A stretch of DNA of 64,000 bases from an archaeon GW2011_AR15 (GCA_000830295.1 CP010425.1:416001-480000), one strand, 5' to 3'; shown: positions 27,719-37,520, counted from the stretch's first letter. The notes: generated by a model from the letters alone, not told the origin. Translations and numbers: made by a program.

Positions 27719-28570
27719 ATGGTCTTCGAGGACTTGATTGACCCTGCCAACGCAGAGTCCCATCCAAGAGCTGTCTTTCTCCACAGCGTTATATACGTCT
27801 CTTTGGGGCTTTTTTTAGGATGGTGGATATTCGGGGAGTATGCCTCTTTAGTTGCAGTATTCCTGACGACAATGGCTGCCATCCCCCTGATGCACAGCAT
27901 AATAAGGATAGAGGAAAAGAAAGATACAGTAATAGGTTCTGAAAAGAACCTGCTGAAAGAGCACTCAAAGGCCCTGAATGTCTTCATGGCATATTTCATA
28001 GGCGCGACGCTGACATTTGCCTTCTGGTATATAATACTGCCGCGGGACCTGAGCACTGCCATGTTCAATGTCCAGGAGAGCACCCTGACTGCGCTGGGCG
28101 TCCAGGTCACCGGGTTTACCTTTGCTGATTTCAATACCTTCCTATCCATACTCGCAAACAACCTCAAAGTCCTGCTTTTCTGCATACTGTTTTCCTTCCT
28201 TTACGGCGCGGGCGCGATATTCATACTCACGTGGAACGCGTCTGTCATAGGCTCGGCAATAGGCGTTACAATACTGAAGGGGATGGCAGAATTAGGGTTA
28301 AGACTCCACGAGAATTTCAGCCTGAACCACCTGACCGTGATTTCATACGGCCTGCTGAGATATACAGTGCACGGCATCCCTGAGATACTTGCCTATTTCA
28401 TAGCAGGGCTGGCAGGCGGGATAATTTCTGTTGCAGCAATAAGGCATGACTTCAGGACAAAAAGATACAGGCAGATAATAACAGATGCTTCTGTGCTGCT
28501 GCTGCTGAGCTTCATAATACTGGTTCTCGCTGCGTTCTTAGAAGTGTACGTGACGCCGGTATTATTCTAG
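27719..28570 (+). CDS. SpoIIM/DUF95-family membrane protein
   Basis: ILANNLKV, WNASVIG, HGIPE and AAFLE motifs. Confidence 0.85.
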   Translation: MVFEDLIDPANAESHPRAVFLHSVIYVSLGLFLGWWIFGEYASLVAVFLTTMAAIPLMHSIIRIEEKKDTVIGSEKNLLKEHSKALNVFMAYFIGATLTFAFWYIILPRDLSTAMFNVQESTLTALGVQVTGFTFADFNTFLSILANNLKVLLFCILFSFLYGAGAIFILTWNASVIGSAIGVTILKGMAELGLRLHENFSLNHLTVISYGLLRYTVHGIPEILAYFIAGLAGGIISVAAIRHDFRTKRYRQIITDASVLLLLSFIILVLAAFLEVYVTPVLF

Positions 28571-29179
28571 TATCTTCACGCGGCCCGGGGAAATTTCGAA
28601 AATCTCGCCCTCTCCTATGAGGTCCTGGATTATTTTCTCGGAATTCTGTATCCTTATGTGCTTGACTATCTCTGAAATGTCGACGCCGCTGCCCTTATCC
28701 ATTATCGCGATTGCATTGAGTATCTTCTGGTAGGGACCTGTCTGTATCTCCTCATCTGCACCCTCTGTCTCCACAGGCAGTTTCGGCGTAATTTTTTTCT
28801 GCAGCTTCAATTCCATGCTGTGCACCTTGTGCCATTTCTTGTCGCTCTTTACAATGACCTCAGGCACAACATATATCTCATTATTGCTTTCCCTGACCCT
28901 GCCGATGACCCTCATTATCTCGCCCAGGCCCGGGTCTGAGGCCAGCTTCTCAAAAGACCTCACTGTTATGCTGCCTGAGCCGTCATCAATAAGAAAAGAC
29001 GCCCCGTTCTCAGAATCAGAGACAGAAACAACAAGCCCTATAATATTTACGCGGGAGATTTCGCCATATTTCGTGAGGACGCCGCTCGGCTCCCAGCCGG
29101 GCCTCTTTATGTAGGTGCCTTTCAGAATTTCAGCTACAGGAACTTTTCTTGCAACCTGCCTCTTGAACTGCTCTGCCAT
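28562..29179 (-). CDS. OB-fold plus C-terminal winged helix protein (RPA2/RPA32-like)
   Basis: RVNIIGLVV..IDDGSGSI OB pattern; C-terminal GEIFEISPGR wH. Confidence 0.75.
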   Translation of the reverse strand: MAEQFKRQVARKVPVAEILKGTYIKRPGWEPSGVLTKYGEISRVNIIGLVVSVSDSENGASFLIDDGSGSITVRSFEKLASDPGLGEIMRVIGRVRESNNEIYVVPEVIVKSDKKWHKVHSMELKLQKKITPKLPVETEGADEEIQTGPYQKILNAIAIMDKGSGVDISEIVKHIRIQNSEKIIQDLIGEGEIFEISPGRVKILE

Positions 29180-31197
29180 CAAATCTTGGAGATATAGCCC
29201 TTCTTCGGCTCGTATATGTCTCCTGACCTCTTCAGTTTCTCAATGACTTCCATTACCTGGTCCTGCGAAAGCCCTCTTGAGGAAGCCTCTATGAATATGT
29301 CTTCAATGGCTACTGTCCTGCCTGATTTCACTTCAATCTCGGTTATGATTTCCTTGACCTGGACGATGTTGCCCCTTTCAGTTGCAGTGACGCCCGATGT
29401 AATCCTGTCAATGTCGAATTTCCCTGTCTCAGGGTCCTGGCCTATCTGGCTCAGGCAGTAATGCACAAGCTCGATTGCTCTTCTTGCATCTTTTCTCGTT
29501 ACCTTGTCAGAAAGCCTTACTTTCGCGGATGCCTCTGCCAGCCTTACAAGCGCCTCAAGCTGCCTCGGCGATATCGGGATGGATTTCACCCCGCCGTCAT
29601 CGCTTCCGGCCTTTCTCATGTCAACATAGTATTTCTTTATCTCCTCGTTGGCTGCCGCAGTAAGGGTAGGGTGGACAGACTGTCTTGCATATGCAAAATA
29701 TTTTTTCAGCATGTCTGTTGATATCTCTGAGACTATCTCGGTCTTCTTTGTATGCAGGTCAAGGATAAATGTGGCCATCTTCTCATCTTTAACCTCGTCA
29801 GGCAGGTCCTTGATCGGGAAAATCAGGTCAAACCTGTTGATAAGCGTTGAAGGCAGGTCAATCTGCTTCCCTATTACTTCATACGGGTCGAACCTCCCGA
29901 ATTTCGGGTTGGCTGCCGCAAGCACTGTTGTCTCAGCCCTCAAAGTTGCCTGGATATTCGCCTTGGAGATTGTAACTGTCTGCTGCTCAAGGGCCTCGTG
30001 CATCGCGCTTGTGTCTTCCTTGCTCATCTTGTCAAGCTCATCTATGCAGCACAGGCCGCCGTTTGTCAAAACCAGGGCCCCTGCCTCAAGGGCATATCCC
30101 CTGATAAATTCATCTTTCACAACTGTTGCAGTGAGCCCTGCCCCTGATGCGCCTTTTCCTGAAATATACCTTGACTTCGGCACTACCTGTGATATCCTTT
30201 TCAATAGCTGCGATTTCCCTGCTCCGGGGTCGCCCAGCAGTAATATGTGCATGTCCCCCCTTGTCCTTGAGCCTTTCTGCCTTGATTTTTTCACTCCGCC
30301 CATTGCCTGCAATACCAACGCCTCCTTGATTTTTGTGTGGCCGTATATCGTGGGCGCAATTGATTCGACAATCTTTTCAAAAACATTCGGGTCTTCTGCA
30401 AGCTTCTTTATCTGCTCCTGCTCTTCCTCGGAAACATTCAGATCGAGGAAATCCTCCTCTATAGGCTCAATGTAGTTTGCCTCTATCATCAGGTCAAACC
30501 TTGTGAGCTTGCCGCCCTCTTTTGCAGGTATGGGGACTTCCTTCAGCACGCCGTTTATTATTATCTTGCTGCCGGGGTTTGTCCTTTTCTCTGACATCGG
30601 ACTCACCAAGTCTGATTTCAGGAAAACATCCAGTCTTTTGGGCTGCTCCCCTCCGTCAAGGTCTTCAGGGGCCTCCTCAAGGACTATCTTCTGCGCATCC
30701 ACAAGTTCCTTGCTCAATAGCCTGAATTTCCCCTTCCTCCCGCAGCCGCACCTTGAAGGCTCCTTGAATTTTGAGTCGAGCTGCAATACAGTTATTATAT
30801 TGCCGCAGCTGGGACATTCAAACCTTGCGCTTGTTACCTGCGGCCTTACATCGGACTTCTGCCTGACAAGGCCTTTTGTGCTGATGAACTTATTGATATG
30901 GCTGCTCCTGACGTCCTTTATCATGATAGAAGTTGTCTGCGGAAGGTTCTTCACCCTCAGCCTGAAATTCTTTATGTCGCCCTCAAGCTCAAACTGCTCC
31001 AGCGCCAGCTCTCCTGCCTTCAGCACCTCTTCTGTATTCTCAAGCATCTCCTCGGAAAGCTCCGGATCGTGCATCGCCAGCAGGCCGAAATCTACTACGA
31101 GGTGCTTCTCCCCCTTCCTCACCTTCTCGGAAAGCTCTGGGAGGTGGTTCTTCTCCAGGAATTTCTGGAATCTTTTGATTATCGCAGTAGGCTCCAT
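29179..31197 (-). CDS. mcm: Replicative helicase MCM
   Basis: Zn finger, GDPGAGKS, IDELDKM, AAANP; no intein. Confidence 0.98.
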   Translation of the reverse strand: MEPTAIIKRFQKFLEKNHLPELSEKVRKGEKHLVVDFGLLAMHDPELSEEMLENTEEVLKAGELALEQFELEGDIKNFRLRVKNLPQTTSIMIKDVRSSHINKFISTKGLVRQKSDVRPQVTSARFECPSCGNIITVLQLDSKFKEPSRCGCGRKGKFRLLSKELVDAQKIVLEEAPEDLDGGEQPKRLDVFLKSDLVSPMSEKRTNPGSKIIINGVLKEVPIPAKEGGKLTRFDLMIEANYIEPIEEDFLDLNVSEEEQEQIKKLAEDPNVFEKIVESIAPTIYGHTKIKEALVLQAMGGVKKSRQKGSRTRGDMHILLLGDPGAGKSQLLKRISQVVPKSRYISGKGASGAGLTATVVKDEFIRGYALEAGALVLTNGGLCCIDELDKMSKEDTSAMHEALEQQTVTISKANIQATLRAETTVLAAANPKFGRFDPYEVIGKQIDLPSTLINRFDLIFPIKDLPDEVKDEKMATFILDLHTKKTEIVSEISTDMLKKYFAYARQSVHPTLTAAANEEIKKYYVDMRKAGSDDGGVKSIPISPRQLEALVRLAEASAKVRLSDKVTRKDARRAIELVHYCLSQIGQDPETGKFDIDRITSGVTATERGNIVQVKEIITEIEVKSGRTVAIEDIFIEASSRGLSQDQVMEVIEKLKRSGDIYEPKKGYISKI

Positions 31198-31224
31198 TCT
31201 ACAAAAAAATATGAAAAATAAAAA

Positions 31225-31764
31225 TCAGTTTACTTTTTTAAGGTTGGCTATGAGCATGTCCAGTGCCTTGTGCACTTCCTTTTCGCTCTTTGTCCCTGTG
31301 CAGACAATCTTTCCGTTGCTGAACAGCAAAAAAGTAGCCTTTGCCTCATTAAGCTTGTAGACAAGCCCGGGAAACTGCTCCGGCTCGTACTCTGTGTTCT
31401 CCAGCTTCATTGCCAGGACATTGAGGTTTAGGTCCATGCCTATTGATCCTGATGCAACAATGTTCTGCACCGTAATTACAGGCGTTACCTTGATGTCGAT
31501 ATTTATTTTCTTCAGGCTCTTGATTATCTTGTCAATGGACTCATGGACTTTTTCCATGCTCCTTGCTCCTGTGCAGACAACCTTTCCTGAACTGAAAATC
31601 AGTGCAGATGTCTTAGGGTCCTTTATCCTTATGACCAGCCCGGGAAACTGCTCCGGATTGTACTCTGTATTGCTCAGAGTGGCAGCCATTTTTTCCAACG
31701 GTATGTCGTGCTCAAGGCTTGTAGAAACGACTATGTTCACAACTTCAATATTTTTTTCTCCCAA
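31225..31764 (-). CDS. tbp: TATA-binding protein
   Basis: Two repeats of NIV..EY.PEQFPGLV..LFS.GK.VCTG; TTG start after a GGGGTG SD is likely. Confidence 0.97.
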   Translation of the reverse strand: MGEKNIEVVNIVVSTSLEHDIPLEKMAATLSNTEYNPEQFPGLVIRIKDPKTSALIFSSGKVVCTGARSMEKVHESIDKIIKSLKKINIDIKVTPVITVQNIVASGSIGMDLNLNVLAMKLENTEYEPEQFPGLVYKLNEAKATFLLFSNGKIVCTGTKSEKEVHKALDMLIANLKKVN

Positions 31765-31986
31765 ATATAACACCCCCTGTTGTTTATAAGGAGAACCTGG
31801 GGGTATTTATAAAGCTTTTTAAATAGAATACGGAAGGCAGGGATCACTCTTCCTTGGCCAGCATTTTCCTGACAACGCCGTAAGTTACAATAACGTATGT
31901 CCCGAATGCCGGGATAAGCGAGCTTCATCCTGCGGAAAACCAGGCAAAATACCTGGACAGAAAAATAAGAGAATTGTATAAATAAG

Positions 31987-32775
31987 TTATTTGATGAATC
32001 TCCACAGCTCTTCAACCATGTCAAATGCCGTGTAGCCGTAGCTCTTCTGCTTATACATGAACTCGCCCAGCCTGCCGTTTATATAAGCAGCCTCTTTTGC
32101 CGAGTCAAAAAGGTTTCCGGATTGTGCGAGGAATCCTGCGCAGATACCGGCAAGTATGTCTCCTGTCCCTCCCCTTGTCATGGAATTGTGGCCTGTCTTG
32201 TTCGTATGCCTCCTGTGCTTTGTGAATATTATGTCCTCCGGGCCTTTCAGGAGCATTATATTATTCCCCAGCTTTTCCTGCATTGCCCTTATGTTCGGCT
32301 CCATATCAAGTTCGTCAAATTCCTTTTTGACAGTGTTCTCGTAAAGTATCCTGAATTCCTTCGGGTTCGGGGTAAGTATGCTGTTCGTGGGAACATCCAG
32401 TGCAATCACCTTCAGCGCATCTGCGTCTATCACAAAAGGCTTTTTTATGTCCCTGAGAAGCTTGAGCACGAATTCCTTTTTCTCTCCGAGGCCGGGACCA
32501 AGCAGCACAACGTCGTAATGTTCGCTCAGCGCCGCAATCTCCTTGGCATGCGTGGGCGCAAGCTCCTCTCCGAGGAATTTCCTTGTCATCAGGTCAGGCG
32601 AATAGCTGTTTATCTGCCATGCCACCCTTTCAGGGGCGCAGACTGTTACAATGTCAACCCCTGTCCTGAGTGCGGCTATTGCTGCAAGTGCCGGAGCTCC
32701 GACATATTCCCTGCTCCCCCCCACAACAAGGACCTTTCCGTTCTGGCCCTTGATGTCTTTTCGCGTTATTCTCAT
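31987..32775 (-). CDS. nnrD: ADP-dependent NAD(P)H-hydrate dehydratase
   Basis: GKVLVVGGS.EYVGAP, GPGLG, IDADAL, GGTGDILAG. Confidence 0.93.
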   Translation of the reverse strand: MRITRKDIKGQNGKVLVVGGSREYVGAPALAAIAALRTGVDIVTVCAPERVAWQINSYSPDLMTRKFLGEELAPTHAKEIAALSEHYDVVLLGPGLGEKKEFVLKLLRDIKKPFVIDADALKVIALDVPTNSILTPNPKEFRILYENTVKKEFDELDMEPNIRAMQEKLGNNIMLLKGPEDIIFTKHRRHTNKTGHNSMTRGGTGDILAGICAGFLAQSGNLFDSAKEAAYINGRLGEFMYKQKSYGYTAFDMVEELWRFIK

Positions 32776-32809
32776 GCTGTACCCTTCCTGTTATTTTCTG
32801 CAATATAAA

Positions 32810-34189
32810 TTATTTGCCCTTATTCTTTAAAGAGTCCCTGTACGCCTTCCTCATGGCCTTCTGCTCGTCTGTAAGCCGCCTTGATTTTTTCTTGTTCTGC
32901 TCATATAGTGCCCTTGCATAGCTGACGGGATTCTTGTATCTCATCATTATTGTCTCGTTGTCCGCAATTCCCAGGTCCCTGTAATACCCTGTGTTATAAT
33001 TTGGCGGAGGCACAATCTCCTTGTTCTGTTTCATATATCTCAGCTGCCCTGTTATGTAATTCTCCTTCAGCGGCTCCGGGTTCTTCTTGTTCCACTCAAT
33101 AACTAATTCCTCGATGTTCTTGTCAGACCATCCTGAAGACCTGAGGAAATTTATCAGTATGAATAGAAACCTTTTCTTCCCGTCCTTCAGGCCTGCCAGT
33201 CCTTTTTTTATGCTCTCCGGAAAATAATCAACGGGAATTGCCTGCTCCGGGAGCTCGTAGCTCTTCTTTTTTGCAGTCTTTGATTCGCGCTCATAAAGCC
33301 TCCTGTAAATCATGTCTTCCTTGTCATAGTCAAATGCGCTTATCACGAGCTGCAGCGCCTCATTCTCCCTTGCCTTTGAAGCATCCAGGAACTGCCTGTC
33401 TGCATTTTTCATGTTTTCCGGGGATGCTGATTTTTTCTCGAATGCCATTATTGCATCTGCATCAATAGGCAAGGACACAAGTTCGGATTTTTCATGCAGG
33501 CTGTACGGGCACCTGTACATGTGCCTTGATGAAATAAGGAGCGTGTCGAGCTCGATTATTGAAAGCGGATCGAATTTCTCCTGCCTTTTCCCGGTTGCCT
33601 TCTCTATGCTCTGCAGGGTTGTCCTGAATTTCCTGTCAAAGATGACTTCTTTGCCTTTTGTCTCGATGAGGTTCTTGGAAATATAGCCGACAAGGTAGAT
33701 TGCAATCCTCCTCGGGCCTTCCGGGAACCATTCTTTTATGTGCACATTATTGACTGCCTTGGGGAATGCCTCGAACGGCACGCCTATGTGGAATCCCTTG
33801 TTGCCTGAAAATTTGCATCCGATTGCAGTTATGCCATGCAGCCTTAATGCTTTCACAAAAAGGTACGCTGTAAGCTTTGAGTAGGTCCAGTTCGGGCAGT
33901 CAATGTCCAAAACAAGGTCCCAGCCTTTCCTCAGGCTGTCAAGCTCGGCCTGCCTCATTTCCGGGCTCAGGCTCAGCGGGTTCATCCATCTCTCCTCTGA
34001 AATATGAAAACTTGTTGCGCCTTTTTTTACGGATTCAAGGATATCATTTTCATAGACTAGCACGTCCGGCCTCTTGCCGAATCCTGTGCCGTACCTTATG
34101 CCTACTTCCCTGCCCTTTGCGGCATTCACTATGGCCTTCTGCACGTCCCTTCTCTTGTAATACAAAAGGCGCCTGCTTATGTCGAACAT
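32810..34189 (-). CDS. priSL: Fused DNA primase PriS-PriL(CTD), DPANN type
   Basis: DLVLDID and SGNKGFH catalytic motifs, RCPYSLHEK, helical C-terminal domain ending KNPVSY. Confidence 0.88.
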   Translation of the reverse strand: MFDISRRLLYYKRRDVQKAIVNAAKGREVGIRYGTGFGKRPDVLVYENDILESVKKGATSFHISEERWMNPLSLSPEMRQAELDSLRKGWDLVLDIDCPNWTYSKLTAYLFVKALRLHGITAIGCKFSGNKGFHIGVPFEAFPKAVNNVHIKEWFPEGPRRIAIYLVGYISKNLIETKGKEVIFDRKFRTTLQSIEKATGKRQEKFDPLSIIELDTLLISSRHMYRCPYSLHEKSELVSLPIDADAIMAFEKKSASPENMKNADRQFLDASKARENEALQLVISAFDYDKEDMIYRRLYERESKTAKKKSYELPEQAIPVDYFPESIKKGLAGLKDGKKRFLFILINFLRSSGWSDKNIEELVIEWNKKNPEPLKENYITGQLRYMKQNKEIVPPPNYNTGYYRDLGIADNETIMMRYKNPVSYARALYEQNKKKSRRLTDEQKAMRKAYRDSLKNKGK

Positions 34190-34241
34190 ATTGCCTGATA
34201 ATATCCATAAATTTATATTATTTTAGTTGCTGGAATCGTTT

Positions 34242-34598
34242 ATGGAGGAAGCAGAGGAGATACTTGGGGAAATAGAGAGGCTGAAGGAATCGGGGAAAGC
34301 TGTCGTCGCCGAGGGCATAAAAGACCTTGCTGCATTAAAAAAGCTCGGCCTGAAAAACATATATATTATCTCCGCGCCCCTATTTGAGGTCTGCGAGAAA
34401 ATCGGGGAAAATAATGATGAGACAGCCATACTTACAGACCTTGACAGGGAAGGGAAGCTGCTTTACTCAAAAATAAAGGAAAATCTCACAAGGCTCGGCG
34501 TAAAGATTGACGACAGGCTTAGAGAAAGACTGTTCAGGACAAAGCTCGTGCACATGCAGGGCCTTGACACATATATTGAGAATTTAATGTCTTCTTAG
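34242..34598 (+). CDS. Stand-alone TOPRIM domain protein
   Basis: VAEGIKD and LTDLDREG motifs. Confidence 0.85.
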   Translation: MEEAEEILGEIERLKESGKAVVAEGIKDLAALKKLGLKNIYIISAPLFEVCEKIGENNDETAILTDLDREGKLLYSKIKENLTRLGVKIDDRLRERLFRTKLVHMQGLDTYIENLMSS

Positions 34599-36260
34599 CC
34601 TGACGAGGAGAAGATATGCTGCAATGACAGCAGCCAGCACAATGAAATATTTTGAATAGGCCTTTATTCTGCCTGCGGATGATTCATAGACAACACTCCC
34701 TGCGGCCTTATTCTGGAAAAGCTTTTCAGAAATCTCCTCTGGCTCCCGCGGCCCGGCTGTTTCTGTTTCCTCTTTCTCTTTTTTTTCTTTTATCTCCTCA
34801 GGGCATGAGGGGTTGTGGCTTATGTCAATCTTTTCAGAAGCATTCAGCCCAATCCCCTCAGCAATCAGGTCGTAGCTGCCCTCATTATATTTCCTGTTGC
34901 AGTTGTCTTTCAGCAGGATTGGAACTGTAACCGCATATTTCTGGTTGCTGCCATAGAGATTCATCGAGGAGACCTCGCTGACAGTGTTCTCCCCCTTTAC
35001 ATACAACTTGACTGCATTCTTCAGCGTATCCCCTTTTGTAATATCAAGCTTTATTTTTACAATATCGCCGAAAGCAGCGCCCGGAGGAATTTCACTTATG
35101 GCAATGCTGTCCGTGAGCCGGCTTTCTTCTGCATCCGCCCTGAAGACAACCAACTTCTGTGAAAAAGTATTATTGTTAATGTTGCTGCAGGCAACCTTCG
35201 TCAGGTTGGAATTTATTATAAATGCCTTTTCTGCCCCGCTGATTTTAGGGGTATATGATTTCCTGTTTGTGTTTGATGTAATTGCCCTCTGTTTTACAGC
35301 ATCTCCGAAAACATCCTCGACCCAGTATTCAATCTCAAAAGGGAATGTCCTGTTACTGACCCTGTGGGCTATCCCTATGCTCTCCCCTTCATCATAGACC
35401 TGCTTGTCTGTTTCCAGTTCCAGTGTGATATTGCAGTCAGCTTCTTCAGACGGGGAAACTGTTATTCTGCTGCAGAGCCCGTTGTTGCTGCTGTTTGTAT
35501 CGTTCGCGGACATATCTACAATCTTTCCGCACACGTCATAGCTTCCGAAACTGCCAAAGACAAACTCTGCAGCCGTAGTTGTATATGATTTGAAATCCGT
35601 TTCTTTTGTCTCCTCATATATTATTGTGGAGTTTTTTGAGATATTATAATATAATGTTGCGTTTATCTGTTCGCTGAATTCAGGATAGTCAGTATTCTCC
35701 AGCATGAAAAGCCTGTAGTTTATGTTTGTAAAGATATCTTCAGGAAGGAGGAGGCTCAGGACAATATCGGGAATTTCACGGACAGGCTCGTGATAAAAAA
35801 TGTTCTCTGCTCCTGGCGTCGGCTCTGTCTCTATCCATGCTGAGCCAATCAGGGAGAGCGATTTCCCTTTTCCTGTTTCTGCTGAATATGACATGTTGTC
35901 TATTGTACTGTTTTCTTTCTTTATCCTTATCTCATCTGCTGAATTTCCAAGCCCGTTGCCTATTGAATTGTCATCAACGCAGAGCATAACTGCCGAAAAA
36001 TTCAGTGTGCTGTCCTGGTCAGCTATTATTATATGTGTGTTTTCCTGGATAATGTACTCACAGGCTGCATTCCCGCAGCAGATTATCTGGTCTGTATTGA
36101 GATTGTCAGAAAGCTCAAGCCCGCTCATGTTGTAGCTTTCATTTGTATAGAGTTCAATCCATTCATTCCCGTCTTCAGGATTGTACATGACCTCTGAAAT
36201 GTAAATGGCCGAGGCAGCATCAAGGCATACAAAGAGCAATATAATGTAGCACAGTTTCAT
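34584..36260 (-). CDS. Secreted lamin-tail-domain surface protein with a C-terminal membrane anchor
   Basis: Signal peptide; ISEVMYNP..NEWIELY, GLGNSADEI, PTPGAEN; many NxS/T sequons; C-terminal TM. Confidence 0.8.
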   Translation of the reverse strand: MKLCYIILLFVCLDAASAIYISEVMYNPEDGNEWIELYTNESYNMSGLELSDNLNTDQIICCGNAACEYIIQENTHIIIADQDSTLNFSAVMLCVDDNSIGNGLGNSADEIRIKKENSTIDNMSYSAETGKGKSLSLIGSAWIETEPTPGAENIFYHEPVREIPDIVLSLLLPEDIFTNINYRLFMLENTDYPEFSEQINATLYYNISKNSTIIYEETKETDFKSYTTTAAEFVFGSFGSYDVCGKIVDMSANDTNSSNNGLCSRITVSPSEEADCNITLELETDKQVYDEGESIGIAHRVSNRTFPFEIEYWVEDVFGDAVKQRAITSNTNRKSYTPKISGAEKAFIINSNLTKVACSNINNNTFSQKLVVFRADAEESRLTDSIAISEIPPGAAFGDIVKIKLDITKGDTLKNAVKLYVKGENTVSEVSSMNLYGSNQKYAVTVPILLKDNCNRKYNEGSYDLIAEGIGLNASEKIDISHNPSCPEEIKEKKEKEETETAGPREPEEISEKLFQNKAAGSVVYESSAGRIKAYSKYFIVLAAVIAAYLLLVRLRRH

Positions 36261-36367
36261 GCAGCCTTGCCATAGAAACATCATTTTATAGACTGATGCG
36301 CATTTTCCGTTGTTTTTCCGCAGGAATAAAAAGCTTTAAAAATATCTGGAGTCTTATTGTGAATAGG

Positions 36368-36964
36368 ATGGGGTTTTTTGACAATTTAAAGAAAAGAGAT
36401 AGTTCTCCTGGTAAAACGCCGGAAAAAGAGGAGTTCAATGAGCTTCCTCCGGCTCCGCCGGGATTAAAAAAGATTGAAGCGGAGAAGCCTGTGGAAATGC
36501 CTGAATATTATGCTGACACAGAGGAGGAAAAAAATGTTTTCACGGATTCGCCTGTGCAGGAGGATGTTGCTGAAAGCAATGCTGAGATAATAAAGGATGA
36601 CAGGCCGAAGATCAGTGTTCCCGACAGCCTGCCTGACATTGACATCCCTGTGCCTCCTGATATTGAGGAAATCCCTTTTTTCAGGAATGCTGCAGTTGCA
36701 AAGCCTGCTGCAGAGCTGCCTGAATTCGCAGTAAAGGAAATAAAGAAGGGGCCTGTCTTCGTAAGGACTGATGAATACAGCGGGATGCTTTCCGGCATAG
36801 ATTCAATGGAAGGCGTGATGAAGGAGGGGCAGGAAACAGTATACCTGCTGAAGAACCTGAAGAAGAATGCCGATACTGTGCATGAGAAATACTTAAATAC
36901 GCTGGAAGATATACAAAAGAAACTTATGTATGTCGATCATCTCCTGTTTGAATCAATGAAGTGA
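36368..36964 (+). CDS. Hypothetical protein: amphipathic N-terminus, Pro/acidic linker, C-terminal coiled coil
   Basis: MGFFDNLKK start at 36368; C-terminus aligns with the next gene. Confidence 0.75.
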   Translation: MGFFDNLKKRDSSPGKTPEKEEFNELPPAPPGLKKIEAEKPVEMPEYYADTEEEKNVFTDSPVQEDVAESNAEIIKDDRPKISVPDSLPDIDIPVPPDIEEIPFFRNAAVAKPAAELPEFAVKEIKKGPVFVRTDEYSGMLSGIDSMEGVMKEGQETVYLLKNLKKNADTVHEKYLNTLEDIQKKLMYVDHLLFESMK

Positions 36965-37197
36965 TGAAAATGGAAAAGGAAACTAATGTGTTTGTGAAAA
37001 TCTCTGAATACAATGACCTGCTTGATGTCATCGCCCTTATCAACGAAAAAGTGAAGGAGGCAAGGGAGATACTTGCAAAGATATACGACCTCAAGAACCA
37101 GGAGGATGCTGAGCTGGACCACTGGAAAAACTCGCTGGACGATGTTGAGAGAAAGCTGAAATATATCGACCAGGCGCTGTACCGCCCGAAATACTGA
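36964..37197 (+). CDS. Hypothetical coiled-coil protein
   Basis: VFVKISEY followed by heptads; start overlaps the upstream stop. Confidence 0.8.
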   Translation: MKMEKETNVFVKISEYNDLLDVIALINEKVKEAREILAKIYDLKNQEDAELDHWKNSLDDVERKLKYIDQALYRPKY

Positions 37198-37199
37198 GA

Positions 37200-37520
37200 A
37201 TGGCAGATAAGGATTTTTACGTCGGCATATATGAGCCGGAGGATGTGAAGAGGAATGTTCTTGAAAGCTCAAAAGAGATTGTGTCCTCAATGCAGTCCTA
37301 CAGGAACCTTGAGTCAATAAGGAATGCCAAGGTAAAGGAATACGAAAACCTGAGAAAAGTGATGGAAGAGATTGATTACCTTCTTGCAAAGTTAAAGCTA
37401 AAGATGCCGAGGGGTGTGAGAAAATCCCACGGTTCTGTGAAAGACGACTTGTCTCCCGGCGTGAGGAAGCTGGATAAGGAGCTGGATGAGCTTGAGGACA
37501 GGTTCTCCAAAACCGGCTAA
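37200..37520 (+). CDS. Hypothetical coiled-coil protein
   Basis: FYVGIYEP followed by heptads; 2-bp gap from the previous gene. Confidence 0.8.
   Translation: MADKDFYVGIYEPEDVKRNVLESSKEIVSSMQSYRNLESIRNAKVKEYENLRKVMEEIDYLLAKLKLKMPRGVRKSHGSVKDDLSPGVRKLDKELDELEDRFSKTG

Noticed and set aside
31830-31960. Assignment as hammerhead, twister, 5S, SRP, RNase P RNA or C/D sRNA
   Set aside because: The required conserved cores are missing or in the wrong order; kept only as an unassigned structured element
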